64,000 nucleotides of DNA from the human T2T-CHM13v2.0 reference genome, Homo sapiens. The notes below the pieces were generated by a model that saw only the letters and a list, made by a program, of their open reading frames with translations, was not told the DNA's origin and did not search any database. The stretch's first letter is position 1. Each line of letters starts with the position of its first letter. Shown piece after piece: positions 40,960 through 53,900 of this stretch. The stretch covers positions 23,584,001 through 23,648,000 of the forward strand of contig CP086569.2 of the NCBI GenBank assembly GCA_009914755.4, in the 5' to 3' direction. The position numbers and the translations under genes are program-made.

Positions 40960-43900
40960 GCCCCAGAGGACAAAGGTTCTTTAGGTCAGAGGCCCCCAAC
41001 CAGATAATCCAACAACAGGAATGAGGGTGCCCTGGGCAAGTGTCAGCTCACGTTGCGACCCTCACTGAGCCCTGGATATGCTTAACCATTGGTGGCCAGG
41101 AAATTGACTTCCTTCTGGACACTGGTGCAGCCTTCTCAGTGGTAATCTGCTGTCCTGGATGACTGTGCTCAAGGTCCGTTACCATCCAAGGAATCCTGGG
41201 ACATCCTGTAACCAGGTATTTCTCCCACCTCCTTAATTGTAATTGGGAGGCTGCTCTTTTCACATGCCTTTCTTGTTATGCCTGAAAGTTCTGCACCCTT
41301 ACTAGGGAGGGATATATTAGCCAAAGCTGGAGCCATTATCTACATGAATATGGGGAGTAAATTACTCATTTGTTGTCCCCTACTTGAGGAGGGAATCAAC
41401 CCTGAAGTCTGGGCATTGGAAGGACAATTTCGAAGGGCAAAATATGTTCACCCAGTCCAAATCAGGCTAAAAGATCCCACCACTTTTCCTTGTCAAAGGC
41501 AATATCCCTTAAGGCCTGAAGCTCATAAAGGATTACAGGATATTGTTAAACATTTAGAAGCTGAAGGCTTAGTAAGGAAATGCAGCAGTCCCTACAACAC
41601 CCCAGTTCTAGGAATACAAAAACCAAATGGTCAGTGAAGATTAGTGCAAGATCTTAAACTCATCAATGAGGCACTAATTCCTCTATATCCGGTTGTACCC
41701 AAACCCTATACCCTGCTCTGTCAAATACCAGAAGAAGCAGAATGGTTCATTGTTCTGGACCTCAAGGATGCCTTCTTCTGTATTCCCCTGCACTCTGACT
41801 CGCAGTTTCTCTTTGCCTTTGAGGATCCTGCAAGATCACACATTCCAACTTACATGGACAGTCTAGACCCAAGGATTTAAAGATAGCCCTCATCTGTTTG
41901 ATCAGGCACTGGCCCAAGATCTAGGCCACTTCTCAAGTCCAGGCACTCTGGTCCTTCAGTATGTGGATGATTTATTTTTGGCTACCATTTCAGAAGCCTC
42001 ATACCAGCAGGCTACTCTAGATCTCTTGAAATTTCTAGCTAATCAAGGATACAAAGTGTCTAGGTCAAAGGCCCAGCTTTGCCTACAGCAGGTCAAATAT
42101 CTAGGCCTAGTCTTAGCCAGAGGGACCAGGGCCCTCAGCAAGGAATGAAGACAGCCTATACTGGCTCATCCTCACCCTAAGACCTTAGAACTGTTATGAG
42201 GGTTCCTTAGAGTCACTGGCTTTTGCTGACTATGGATCCCCAGAAACGGCAAGTTAGCCTGGCCCCTCTATACTCTAGTCAAGGAGACCCAGAGAGCAAA
42301 TGCTCATCTAGTAGAATGGGAACAAGAGGCAGAAATAGTCTTCAAAACCTTAAAGCAGGCCCTAGTACAAGCTCCAGCTTTAAGCCTTTCCAAAGGATAA
42401 AACTGCTCTTTATACATCACTGAGAGCAGGGATCACTCTTGGAGTCCTTACTCAGACTCGTGGGACAACCCCACAACCAGTGGCATATCTAAGTAAGGTA
42501 ATTGATGAAGTAGCAAAAGGCTGGCCTCACTGTTTATGAGTAGTTGCAGTGGTGGTGGTCTTAGTGTCAGAGGCTATCAAAATAATACAAGGAAAGAATC
42601 TCACTGTCTGTACTGCTTATGATGTAAATGGCATACTAGGTACCAAAGGAAGTGTATGGCTATAAGGAAACTGCCTACTTAGACATCAGGTGCTACTCTT
42701 TGAGGGACCAGTTCTTCAAATACATATGTGTGTGGCCCTCAACCCTGCCACTTTTATCCCAGAGGATGGGGACTCCATCGAGTATGACTGCCAACAAATT
42801 ATAGTCCAGACTTATGCCACCCGAGATGATCTCTTAGAAGTCCCCTTAGCTAATCCTGACCTTAACCTATGTACCGATCGAAGTTCATTAGTGAAGAACA
42901 GGATATGAAGGGCAGGTTATGCTATAGTTAGTGAACTAACCTTACTTGAAAGTAAGCCTGTTTCTGCAGGGTCCAGTGCCCAGTTAGCAGAACTAATGAC
43001 ACTTACCCGAGCCTTAGAACTGGGAAAAAGAAAAAGAGTAAATGTGTACACAGATAGCAAGTACGGTTATCTAATCCTACATGCCCATGCTGCAATATGG
43101 AAAGAAAGGGAGTTCCTAACCTCTGTGAGGACCCCCATTAAATACCACAAGGAAATTATACAGTTATTGCATGCAGTGGAAAAACCCAAAGAGGTGGCAG
43201 TCTTACACTGCCAAAACCATCAGAAAGGTGAAGGAGAAAAGTCAGAAGGAAACTGTTGGTTTGATTCTGAGGCCAAAATTCCTGCCAGGCAGAATCCCCC
43301 TTTAGAAATACCTATGGAAGGACCCTTAGTATGGAACAAACCCCCACCAAGAGATTAAGCCTCAGTATTCCCCACCTGAAGCAGAGTGGGGAATTTCATG
43401 GGGGCATAGTTTTCTCCCCTCAGGTTGGCTACAGAAGAAGGAAAGGTACTTATACCCAAAGCCAGCCAGTGGAAAATACGTAAAACCCTCCACCAAACTT
43501 TACATATGGGTATTGAAAACACTCATCAAATGGCCAAATCCCTATTTACAGGGCCAAATCTTCTCCAAACCATCCAACAGGTAGTCAAAGCCTGTTAGGT
43601 GTGCCAAAGGAATAATCCCTTCATCCATAGTAAGACCCCTTTGGGAGAGCAAAGAATAGGTCACTATTCTGGAAAGGACTGGCAGTTAGATTTCACCCAT
43701 ATGCCTAAGTCAAAGGGATTTCAATACTTGTTGGTCTGTGTTGATGCCTTTACAGATTGGATAGAAGCTTTCCCCTGCAAGACAGAGAAGGTTTAGGAAG
43801 TGATTAAACTCCTAATTCATGAAATAATTTCTATATTTGGGCTTCCCCAAAGCTTACAGAGTGAAAATTGTCTGGCTTTTAAGGCTGCGATAACTCAAGG

Positions 43901-44320
43901 AATTTCCAGGGTGCTAGCGATACAATATCACCTTCACTGTGCCTGGAGGCCACAATCCTCAGGGAAGGTCAAGAAGGCAAATGAAACACTTAAGAGACAC
44001 TTAAGGAAACTAACACAAGAAACACATCTCCCATGGCCTAGCTATTTTGACCATTGCCTTGTTGAGAATCCGAAATTCTCCTCACAAAATGGGGCTCAGT
44101 CCATATGAAATGCTGTATGGACGATCTTTTCTCACAAAAGACCCCCTACTGGATCAGGAAATGGCCTACTTGGTCAAAGATATAACTTCTTTGTCAAAAT
44201 ATCAACAAAACCTTAAAAACCTACCTGAAGGATGTCACAGAGAAAAGGGAACAGAGTTGTTTCAACTCTTTGTGGGAAGGACCATACTCGGTAATCCTCT
44301 CTACTCTCACTGCGATTAAG
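40960..44320 (+). pseudogene. pol: ERV9 pro-pol remnant: protease LLDTGAAFS (~41112-41138), RT LDLKDAFF (~41752) and YVDD (41960-41971), RNase H, integrase with D..D..E motif (ORF 43599-44108)
   Basis: ORFs 41278-41637, 41644-41880, 41963-42148, 42996-43358 (..VYTDSKYGYLILHAHAAIWKEREFLTS.. RNase H-like), 43599-43796 (DWQLDFTHMPKSKGFQYLLVCVDAFTDWIEAFPC), 43800-44108. Multiple frameshifts and stops. Confidence 0.75.
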
Positions 44321-44339
44321 GTGGCAGGAATGGAAACTT

Positions 44340-46370
44340 GGATTACCACACCTGAGTTAAACTTTGGACGTCCCCTGAGGAACCTGTGGAACCGTCAGCT
44401 CAGGAGTCCCAAGATCAGCCAGACCAGCCTCGATACACCTGTGAACCATTGGAGGACTTGCATCTTCTATTTCAGAAGGAAACATCCCACACTAAAAAGG
44501 CTCCTACCACTGATCCTGAGGAAAAACTCCTTCCTGCTTAAAAAAGATAAGTGAAAACAACACACTAACCATACTCTTTGTGATAGGATTATATACTCTA
44601 GCTCCTGCCAGTACGAAAATGCTAATCACATCAACCTTCCATCTTTCTTCTTTTAACAGCAATTTACTCCTACCTTTAACTCAGACTCGAGAAAATGATC
44701 TCTTCTTCCAGAGCATCCTCTTTACCTTCCTATTTGCTCTTTGCCTATGCATCCCTCCTGCTTCCTTGGATACCTCATATAATCACCCCTCCCCTTCCAC
44801 TTTTTCCTAATTTCCTCTACAAGACTCTCAACTTAACCCAGTCTCTGTTAAACCAGTCCAGTCCTTCCCTGGCAAATGACTGTTGGCTTTGTGTCTCCCT
44901 ATCAACCTCTTCTTATGTTGCCACTCCCATTCCTGCCAAAAATTGCATCTTTACCAACTTAACCTACCACCCTTGTTATGAAGGAAAAGACCCTTTCTGA
45001 CTTCTAAATATGCAATCGTTAGCCAACTTCCCCATCTCTGATAGGATCAAGAATACCCTAACAGGATGTGCAATCCAACTTTTACGTTCTTAGATTTCCA
45101 ACCACACCTATTATGCAAGCAATGAAAAGCCCATACATGGCCCTGTAGCTATGAATACTATCTTAACTTTCCAAGCTCCTTTATGCAGCCAATGCAACCT
45201 CTTATGAGCCTGCCCCTGGGGCACCTACTACCCCATCAGTGTAATTACACCCTACAACTTCAAGCCCCAACTGATCATAGTAACCCAAACAGCTCCATTC
45301 AGACAGCTTGTCTGCTTCTCAGGGCCCCAAAATCATCACTGCCTCCCTGCTTAACAAACGGTCCAGGTCTTGTAATGGCAAACATACTCCCTGCATGATC
45401 ATTCACCCCTGGGCCCCCTGCAGCAGTGCCCCCACCACTAGTGAATGCCTTCTCATCCCCTCTTTCAATCACTCTCTCAAATTGTTCCTAGTGGATACAA
45501 AACGTTTTTTTCTCCAATGGGAAAATAGAACACAGGGAGCCATTCAGTTTTCTCCCAACACCCCTTGCCAGCCAGTCACTGGAGCTACCTTGGCAAGTAC
45601 TCTAGGAGTATGGGAAAAAGAAAACAACAAATTCACACACCTTTTTAACATACACAACCAGTTCTGTCTACCCAGCCAAGGTATATTCTTCTTATGTGGA
45701 ACATCGACCTATATCTGCCTCCCCACTAAGTGGACAGACAGCTGCACTTAGTCTTTCTAACTTCCAACATTAACATTGCCCCAGGAAATCAAAACTTATC
45801 AGTACCCCTCAAAGCTCAAGTCCATCAGCACAGGGCCATACAACAAATACCACCTACTTATAGGGTTAGGAATGGCTACTGCTACAGGAACCAGAAGAGC
45901 CAGTATATCTACTTCATTATCCTACTACCACATACTCTCAAAGGATTTCTCAGGCGGTTTGTAAGAAATAACGAACCTATCCTTACTCTGCAATCCCAAA
46001 TAGACTCTTTAGCTGCAGTGACTCTCCAAAACCGCTGAAGCCTAGACCTCCTCACTGCTGAGAAAGGAGGACTCTGCACCTTCTTAGGGGAAGAGTGTTG
46101 TTTTTACACTAAGCCATCAGGGATAGTACGAGATGCCACCCAGCATTTATAGGAAATGGTTTCTGAAATCAGACAATGCCTTTCAAACTCATACCAACCT
46201 CTCTAGTTGGGCAACATGGCTTCTCCGCTTTCTAGGTCCTGTGGCAGCCATCTTGCTTTTACTCGCCTTTGGACCCTGTATTTTTAACCTGCTTCTCAAA
46301 TTTGTTTCCTTGGAATTGAGGCCAAGAAGCTACAGATGGTCTTACAAATGGAAACCCAAATGAGCTCAAC
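44340..46370 (+). pseudogene. env: ERV9 env remnant (SU + TM). Gamma-type immunosuppressive/CX6CC region [22 protein letters not shown] at ~46040-46106, interrupted by a stop just upstream. TM anchor ..LLLLAFGPCIFNLLL
   Basis: ORFs 45308-45751, 45730-46038 (..LTLQSQIDSLAAVTLQNR*), 46133-46363. ISD motif read directly from sequence. Confidence 0.7.
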
Positions 46371-46554
46371 TAACAACTTCTACTGAGGACCCCTGGACCA
46401 ACACGCTGGCCCTTCCACTGGCCTAAAGCGTTCCCCTCTGGAGGACACTACAACTGAAGGGCCCTTTCTTCACCTCTATCCAGCAGTGAGTAGCTAGAGT
46501 GGTCATTGGCCAAATTCCCAGCAGCAGTTGGGGTGTCCTGTTTAGAGGGGGGAT

Positions 46555-47347
46555 TGAGAAGTGACAACATACTAGCAGCCCTCGCTCGCTCTTGGTGCTT
46601 CCTTCACCTCAGCATCCGCTCTGGCTCTGCTTGAGGAGCCTTTCAACTGGCCACTGCCCTGTGGGGGCCCCTCTCTGGGGCTGGTTGAGGCTGGGACTGG
46701 CTCCTTCTGCTGGCCTCCTGTCTAGCTAAAGGATTGTAAATGCACCAATCAGTGCTCTGTATCTAGCTAAAGGTTTGTAAACACATCAATCAGCGCTCTG
46801 TGTCTAGCTAATCTGGTGGGGACTTGGAGAACTTTTCTGTCTAGCTAAAGGATTATAAACACACCAATCAGCACTCTGTGTCTAGCTAAAGGATTGTAAA
46901 CGCACCAATCAGCAGGCTGTCAAAATGGACCAATCAGCTCTCTGTAAAATGGACCAACCAGATGTCTGTAAAATGGACCAATCAGTAGGATGTGGGTGGG
47001 TCCAGATAAGGGAATAAAAGCAGGCCACCTGAGCCAGCAGTGGAAGCCTGCTCGGGTCCCCTTCCATTCTGTGGGAGCTTTGTTTTTTCACTCTTCACAA
47101 TAAGTCTTGCTGTTGCTCACTCTTAGTGTCTGTGCCACTTGTATGAGCACCACGAAGGTCTGCAGCTTCACTCCTGAGGCCAGTGAGACCATGAACCCAC
47201 CAGAAGGAAGAAACTCCAGACACATCTGAACATCTGAAGGAAAAAACTCCAGACACACCATCTTTAAGAACCGTAACACTCATCGTGAGGGTTCGCGGCT
47301 TCATTCTTGAAGTCAGCAAGACCAAGAACCTACCAATTCCGGACACA
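46555..47347 (+). mobile_element. 3' LTR (LTR12-like), 793 bp. Lacks ~230 bp of U3 and one R/U5 unit present in 5' LTR; has seven CCAAT repeats
   Basis: TGAGAAGTGACAACATACTAGCAGCCCTCGCTCGCTC ... CCAATTCCGGACACA|atga. Confidence 0.8.
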
Positions 47348-49065
47348 ATGAGACAGAATTACAGCTCTTGCAGTGTTACAGCTCTGTGACTCGTCTTTCA
47401 GAACAGGGTTACACCATAGCAAGAGAGGAACAGGTCAGGGATATTTTGCAGTCATATTTATATTTGCTTTTAAATGCATGGATTATTGCAGAAGTGCAGA
47501 AATTTATAGGGAAGGGGTGGTAATCATTGGATCATTGCCATAGAAGGGTGGTACCTCCTGTGTGTTGTAGCGGCAATGGTAAAATGACACGGCAGACTGG
47601 TGGGCATGTCTGGTTGAAAACTCCTTCTGCCTAGTCCCTGTTTTAGTTAGTCCTCAATCTGGATCCTATGTGAGCCCTACCCCTGGAGTTGAGTCCCACC
47701 TTCAACCTCATTCTCCACTCAGACATTAACTACTTTCCCTTAATCTTAAGGGGGCTGCAGGAGGGAGGAGGTCCATGCACTGTAACTGCTTCCTGCTGAG
47801 TCATGAGCATTGGCCTTGCCTAGCACTAGAGAAGTAAATTTCTCTGGATGCATGAGCTAAAGGGGAGAAACAACATTATAATTCTCCAGGTCAGTACATA
47901 AGATAACTCAAAAGCCTTAAGCCAGCGTTGTTTTCACCTGGAAATATAGTAATCTACAAGATACAAACCTTACTATGAGGCTAAACAAACAAGTAAATAA
48001 ATTAGTAACAATACAGCTGTCAAGGGTCCTAAGATAGATTTTAAAAAGGTGGAAAAAGAGAGAAATACCCTTCTTCACAGAAAATTGTGAAACTGACAAT
48101 GATACCCTTCCTCTTCTAGAAAATTCAGGAGCTCAATTGTGTTTTTCTCAGTCTTCCCTAGTAGGAAGACCCTCTATTCCCACTGGCAGCATTATGTTGC
48201 CAATTCTGGATGAATGACTGTTGATACTTTTAAGTAGGTAGTGGCGATCTTCCAAAAATTTAGATTTAGGTTACAGTGTCCTCCATTTGTGCCTGCAACT
48301 TATAAGAAACAGGTTTAATCCTGGACAATTGTATCCAACTAGGTATGCCCTAAAGTTTAAAAGGACTGGGATAGTCAACAACACCTGATAGGGGCCCTTC
48401 TGTTTTGGTTGTAATTGATTCTCAGGGGATGCTTCTTTCAAAATGTTTACAAAGTTTCATGATTGAATAGGAGGCCAGTTAATTGTGTTGTGAGAGGGGA
48501 CAATACTTTTTGTCCATAGGCTTGGAGGAGTTTTCTAACCTAGCTTAAGTTGACAATATGTGTCAACTTATGAGTTAACTATGTATCTCTTTATTAAGCA
48601 GGAGACCCCAAGCTAAACATGGCCTCACATAACTCGCCTCAAGTGGATTTTTTGGGAAGTATTTTAAGGGTCATTCCTATGTGTATAAAGACTATGGCTA
48701 AGAGAGGAACCTGGGTCTCTGAGGTCTCCTGACATGACTTAGCTAATGTCTTTTCAAAACATGATTAGATTTTTCTATTTTACCTGAGGATTGAGTACTC
48801 CATGGGGAGTGAAGGTGATAGGTAACGTCTAAAGCTGAATGCAATCTATTGGGTCACTCTAACTGTGAAGGTAGTTCCATTATCGCTCTGCAGACTTTCA
48901 GGTAATTGAAACTTTACAGTTGATCTTATTAAGTAAAAATTTGGACACTCATAATGCCTTCTCTGTCCTTGTGGGAAAAGCCTCAATTCACTTGGTGAAG
49001 GTGTCTATAAAAACAGGCAAATGTTTCCTTCACCTGTATGGTTGTATCTGATAAAACCCTATTTG

Positions 49066-49372
49066 CTGACTGGGCTTGGTGGCTCACACCTGTAATCCCA
49101 GCACTTTGAGAGGCCAAGGTGGGTGGATAACGAGGTCAGGAGATTGAGGTCATCCTGGCCAACACAGCAAAAGCCCATCTCTACTAAAAATACAAAATTA
49201 GCTGGGCACGATGGCACGTGCTTGTAATACCAGCTACTTGGGAGAGTGAGGCAGGAGAATCTCCTGAACCTGTGAAGTGGAGGTTGCAGTGTACAGAGAT
49301 CGTGCCCCTGTACTCCAGCTTAGCGACAGAGTGAGACTCCTTGTCAAAAACAAACAAACAAACAAAAAATTC
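49066..49372 (+). mobile_element. Alu with (CAAA)n tail
   Basis: GACTGGGCTTGGTGGCTCACACCTGTAATCCCAGCACTTTGAGAGGCCAAGGTGGGTGGATAACGAGGTCAGGAGATTGAGG...TCAAAAACAAACAAACAAACAAAAAA. Confidence 0.9.
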
Positions 49373-50589
49373 TATTTGACAGGCTTTCCAGTGTATGCCC
49401 CTCAATGTTGTAAAGGTTTGAGTAGAGGAAGGAGTGTGGAGTAGCTTCCTGGATTGTTACGGTCACAAAGATCATAGGCCCTGGCCGTCCTCTTTATAGT
49501 CTGGAATAGATTCTTTCCTTAAATGATTTGAGAAAATAACTTGTATATTGAGACCTGTCCCAAAAGTGAGGAGTCATATAAAAGATTAACTCTTTTTCAT
49601 TGCATTGCCTCAGGGAGAAAGAGTTTTGTTGCATTCTAGCAACCATCCTGAGGGATTCTTTTGTAAGCCTTTCTGTTCTGCCGATTGAATTTTTTCGTGG
49701 GTACAGTGTGGTGTTCCCAACATGGGTGCAGTATCTGACATTAGCCAGTGGCCTGTAACAATGTTACCTCTTTAGATGTGGCCTCAGCCGTTTTCTTTCC
49801 CAGAGAATTTCCTTTGATAATAGAAGGGCCTTCTTTTTAGTGCCTACTGCAGTGAATCATGGCTACCTTCTTTAAGAGCTAGACAGTTAGTTATATGCAA
49901 ATACTACATTATCTAATGCCAAGAAATTGAGAATCTGCAGATTTTGGTATCCATGGATGTCCTGAAACAATCCCTCACTGATACTGAGGGACCATTATGT
50001 ATACTTTAATATCACACATCTCACAATGGAAGTAAAGCCTCCATTATCACTCAAGTAATTGGCCATCCTGTGGCTTTCTCTTATAGGTAGGTAGTTTCAA
50101 CTTTGACATCTTAATACTACATCTAGAAAAATTTCTAAGTTTTCTTATTAGTATATATGATTTGTATGTTCTTTGAAGTTTTCCATGTAGGTAATCATGT
50201 CATCTACAGATGAGGAATATTTTACTTCTTTCTTTCCAATTCTTATATATTAAAGTATTTTTATTAGTATTATTTGTCTCATATTACAAGTTAAAAATCT
50301 GCAGGACAATGTTGAAGAGAAATGGTAATAGCGAGCCTTCTAGTCTTTCTTCTGATTTTGAAGGTAGTATTTTCTGATAAGGAACACTTTCTTTATTTGT
50401 ACTTTAATCTCTTATTATAAATAGCTATTCTGTTTTATTTGATGTTTATTCTGTATTCATTGATGTAATTATACTTTTTCCTACTTTAATATATACGTAT
50501 GATGCATTAAATAAATAGATTTCCTTAAGTTGAGCCCCTCCTTTCTCTTTGAAATAAATTTAGTGTAGATATGTGGTTATGATGTATAA

Positions 50590-50985
50590 CCTTACATTTG
50601 TTTGCTCATTGATATGGTTTGGCTCTGTTTTAACCCAATCTCATGCTGAATTTTAACCCTCGTGTTTTGGAGGGGGGCCTGGTTGGAGGTGATTGGATCA
50701 TGGGAGCAGAATTTCTCTTTAGGTTCTCATGATAGCAAATGAGTTCTCATGAGATGGAATTTTTTGAAAATGTGCAGCACTTCACCCTTTACACTCTCTT
50801 CCCTGCCACCATGTGAAGACACACTTGCTTTCCCTTGGCCCTCTCACATAATCTTAAGTTTTCTGAGACCTCCTAGCCATGCCTCCTGCACAGCCTGAGA
50901 AACTATAAGCCAATTAGGTCTCCTTTCTTTATAAATTACCCAGTATCAGGTGTTTCTTTACAACTGTGTGAAAACAAAATAATAC
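50590..50985 (+). mobile_element. MaLR solo LTR, THE1/MST-like
   Basis: TGATATGGTTTGGCTCTGTTTTAACCCAATCTCATGCTGAATTTTAACCCTCGTGTTTTGGAGGGGGGCCTGGTTGGAGGTGATTGGATCATGGGAGCAG...TTTATAAATTACCCAGTATCAGGTGTTTCTTTACAACTGTGTGAAAACAAAATAATAC matches THE1 consensus pattern (TGATATGGTTTGGCTGTGTCCCCACCCAAATCTCATCTTGAATTGTA...TTTATAAATTACCCAGTCTCAGGTAT..). Confidence 0.75.
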
Positions 50986-53900
50986 GCTTATATTTTGCTC
51001 ATGTTTTCACATTGTTGTGAAGTAAAATTAATCTTTTTTGTTTTTAATTCTTATGCTGTTTGTTTGAAAGTAGTAACAAGACATTATTCATTTGAAAATT
51101 AATTAGGATTGTTTTTCTTCTCTTTTTCACTTCTCAGAAATATTTATTTCCTTGAATGTGTAGTAGAATCCAACTATAAAAGCAGTTGATTCTAATACTT
51201 TTTTATAGGGATAATTTAAATGTGGACACATTTTTTTTCAAAATGCTACAGTAAGTGCAGTTTCTTAGTTCTTCCTAGTTCCTAGTTTGGGTAACTGACT
51301 TTTTTGTAGAGACTTTTCTGTTTCACTGAAGAATTAAAATTTGTTTGTGTAAAGATGTTTCTAATACTGCTGTATTTCTAAATTTCTGCTGCCTAGCTGA
51401 GCATACCCTTTCTTTATGTCTTAATATTATGTGTTCTTTCTTTCCCCAGTGAATCTGGTCAGAGATCTGTAAGCTTCGTTATCTTCTCAAAGAACTAATT
51501 CTTTTTCTATTTGATTAACTTCTGCTCTTCGTTCATTATTTTCTTATTTATGCCTTTTTTCTTTTGGTGTACATGTTTCTTCCTTTCCTAACTATAACAA
51601 ATGATTCACATATTAGTGCCACCTTTTTTATTTCTTCATGAAACACCAAACGTTAACCTTTTTTTTATGACTAACTTTTCTTTTATCAGGATTCCAAAAG
51701 TACTGATACTTAATATTTTAAACTATTATTTAGTTCTGTATTTCAAATTTTGTTTTTTATATGTTATTAACAAGTCTGTATTATGTATTTCCAATTTACA
51801 TGATTAAAAATATGTATATTTTTATAATTGTTTGTATTGGAATCAGAATGTGTTCTTGATAATACATGGACCTTTGAAATGTATTGAGACTTGCCTTAAG
51901 GCATAGTATGTCTTTAAATGTTTCTGAGTTTTTAGAACAATGTGCATTGCTAGATACTATATCCTGTAACTGCCTATTGGATAAAGTTTTTTAAATAGCT
52001 TCTTACATAGTTTAACCTCTGCTGAACCAATAATCTTGGAGTGTTGTATTAAAATGTTTCATTATAATGTAATTCATTGATATAATTAATTGAATCAACT
52101 AATTATTTCAATTAATTTAAAGTTAATTAAAATAATTAATTGAATTGTTTAAATTATTTAATTAATTTTTAAATTTCTTGGAATATTATGATTTAAACAA
52201 TTTTTGCTGTCTATATTTTAGAAGTGTAGATTAAAACTGTATTATCCTCCTAGTCTACTGAAAGTTTTGTTATCTAGGTTACCATAATTTTTCCTTTAGT
52301 ATCAATTGTTGCTTTAAATCTGAAAACATGCAGTGTTTGCTAGGGCATGGAATTTACCCAGTATATCCATTTACATAATTTATTAACTGTTTCTTGCCTT
52401 GTGTTTGATGTAAGTTTCATAAGCAGCACAGAGCTCCAGTTTTTAGAAAGATATATATTTTTAGTACGCATGTTTATTTAAACTTTTTATTCAAATATTT
52501 AGATATATGTTTATAATTTTAAGTTTTATTTATATTTGCTCTAGTCCTTAGGTTTCACTTTCATCTCCTGTTTAAAATTTGTTGTATTAAACTGTTGTAT
52601 TTTTTCCTCATTTTATATATTGTCATGACTTGAAGAAATATATCTTAATTATGTTTAAATCTAATCAAGATCTTTACCAGCTTTAAGAAAAATTCAAGAC
52701 CTTATCATCTTTTATTTTGATTTTTTTATTTTGGATGTTTTAATATAATATTTTAAACTCTATCTTATTTCATTAAATTATATGAAATGTATTATTATTA
52801 TCCACTGTTTTTGATAACTACATGCCATTGTTTTACTAGGTTTCTTCAAGAATGACCTCTCTTTCTTTCCCAGAAATTTCTTATAGAGAAAGTCTCTGTT
52901 CTAGAAAATCTTTCAGCATTTTTAAGTCATTTTATTGGTTATGAATTTTTCTTTCTTTTCTGAGAATAAAATTCTCTTCTTGATTTTAAGTTTACTCATT
53001 CAAGCCTTTCAAGGAATTAAACTGTTTCTGACTTTTGTTCTCTAAATGCTCTATTGAGTTTTTACTTTCCAAGTATTGTATTTATTGCATCTAAAATTTC
53101 TATTTTCTCTCCAGATTTTCAGACCTATCTTAACCTTTAAGATAATCTTTTAATACTTGACCACACTTTTAATATTAATGTTTCATTTTTTAAAATTCAT
53201 TAAGCTAGTTATGTTATATTCAATGTCTGCTTATTAAAGGATCTGCAGTATTTCTCAAATGGTTCTTGTTGTTTCTCCTTATATTTTTCGTGTTGGTTTC
53301 TTTCATGACTTTTCAATATTTTTATATTTATGTGAATCATCTAAACTTTAGGAAAATTCTTTAAGGCCTGAGTTTAAGGTTTTTAAAGGGATATTTGTTG
53401 TACTGCAGTCAGGAGCTCTACAAAAGATTTTTTCCAGCCAATTCTTACACTGAGTTTTTGGAAAGTGACAGAAAGGGTATACATTCTGCTGTCAAACCTA
53501 CATAATAACAGATTTTGGCTATAAAATTAAAGAGTAAGAATCACATCTATGCTCTTTATAACTGAAAACCAAGGTTAAGATGAATGTCTTTCTCTCTGTT
53601 TGTGGGGAGAGTTTGAATGGCTGTATTCATCAAACATTTCATAATAAGTCATCTGCAAGCTGAGGAGCAAGGAGAGCTGATCCAGGTCCCCAAAACTAAA
53701 GGACTTGGATCCTGATGTTTGAGGACAGAAAGCATCCAGCATGGAAGAAAGATGTAGGCAAGGAGACTAGGCCAGTCTCATCTTTTCATATTTTTCTAGC
53801 CAGCAGCTAGTTATGCTGGCAGCTAGTAAGATGGTGCCCACTCGGATTAAGGGAGGGTCTGTCTTTTGCAGCTGACTTACTCAAACGTTAATCTCCTTTG

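Larger units (their letters stand above)
37099..47347 (+). mobile_element. ERV9/HERV9-type class I endogenous retrovirus provirus (LTR12-like LTRs), 10.25 kb, 4-bp TSD ATGA (37095-37098 and 47348-47351). All ORFs disrupted
   Basis: Both LTRs start TGAGA(G/A)GTGA(T/C)AA and end CC(A/G)GAC(G/A)CA. U3 holds tandem ~41-bp CCAAT-box repeats (GTCTAGCTAAAGGATTGTAAATGCACCAATCAGCACTCTGT) characteristic of the ERV9 LTR. PBS TGGCAATCACAAAGGTAC 2 nt after the 5' LTR (CpG-decayed tRNA-Arg-like). Internal gag-pro-pol-env order with motifs listed in sub-features. Polypurine tract AGAGGGGGGAT immediately 5' of the 3' LTR. Confidence 0.85.
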
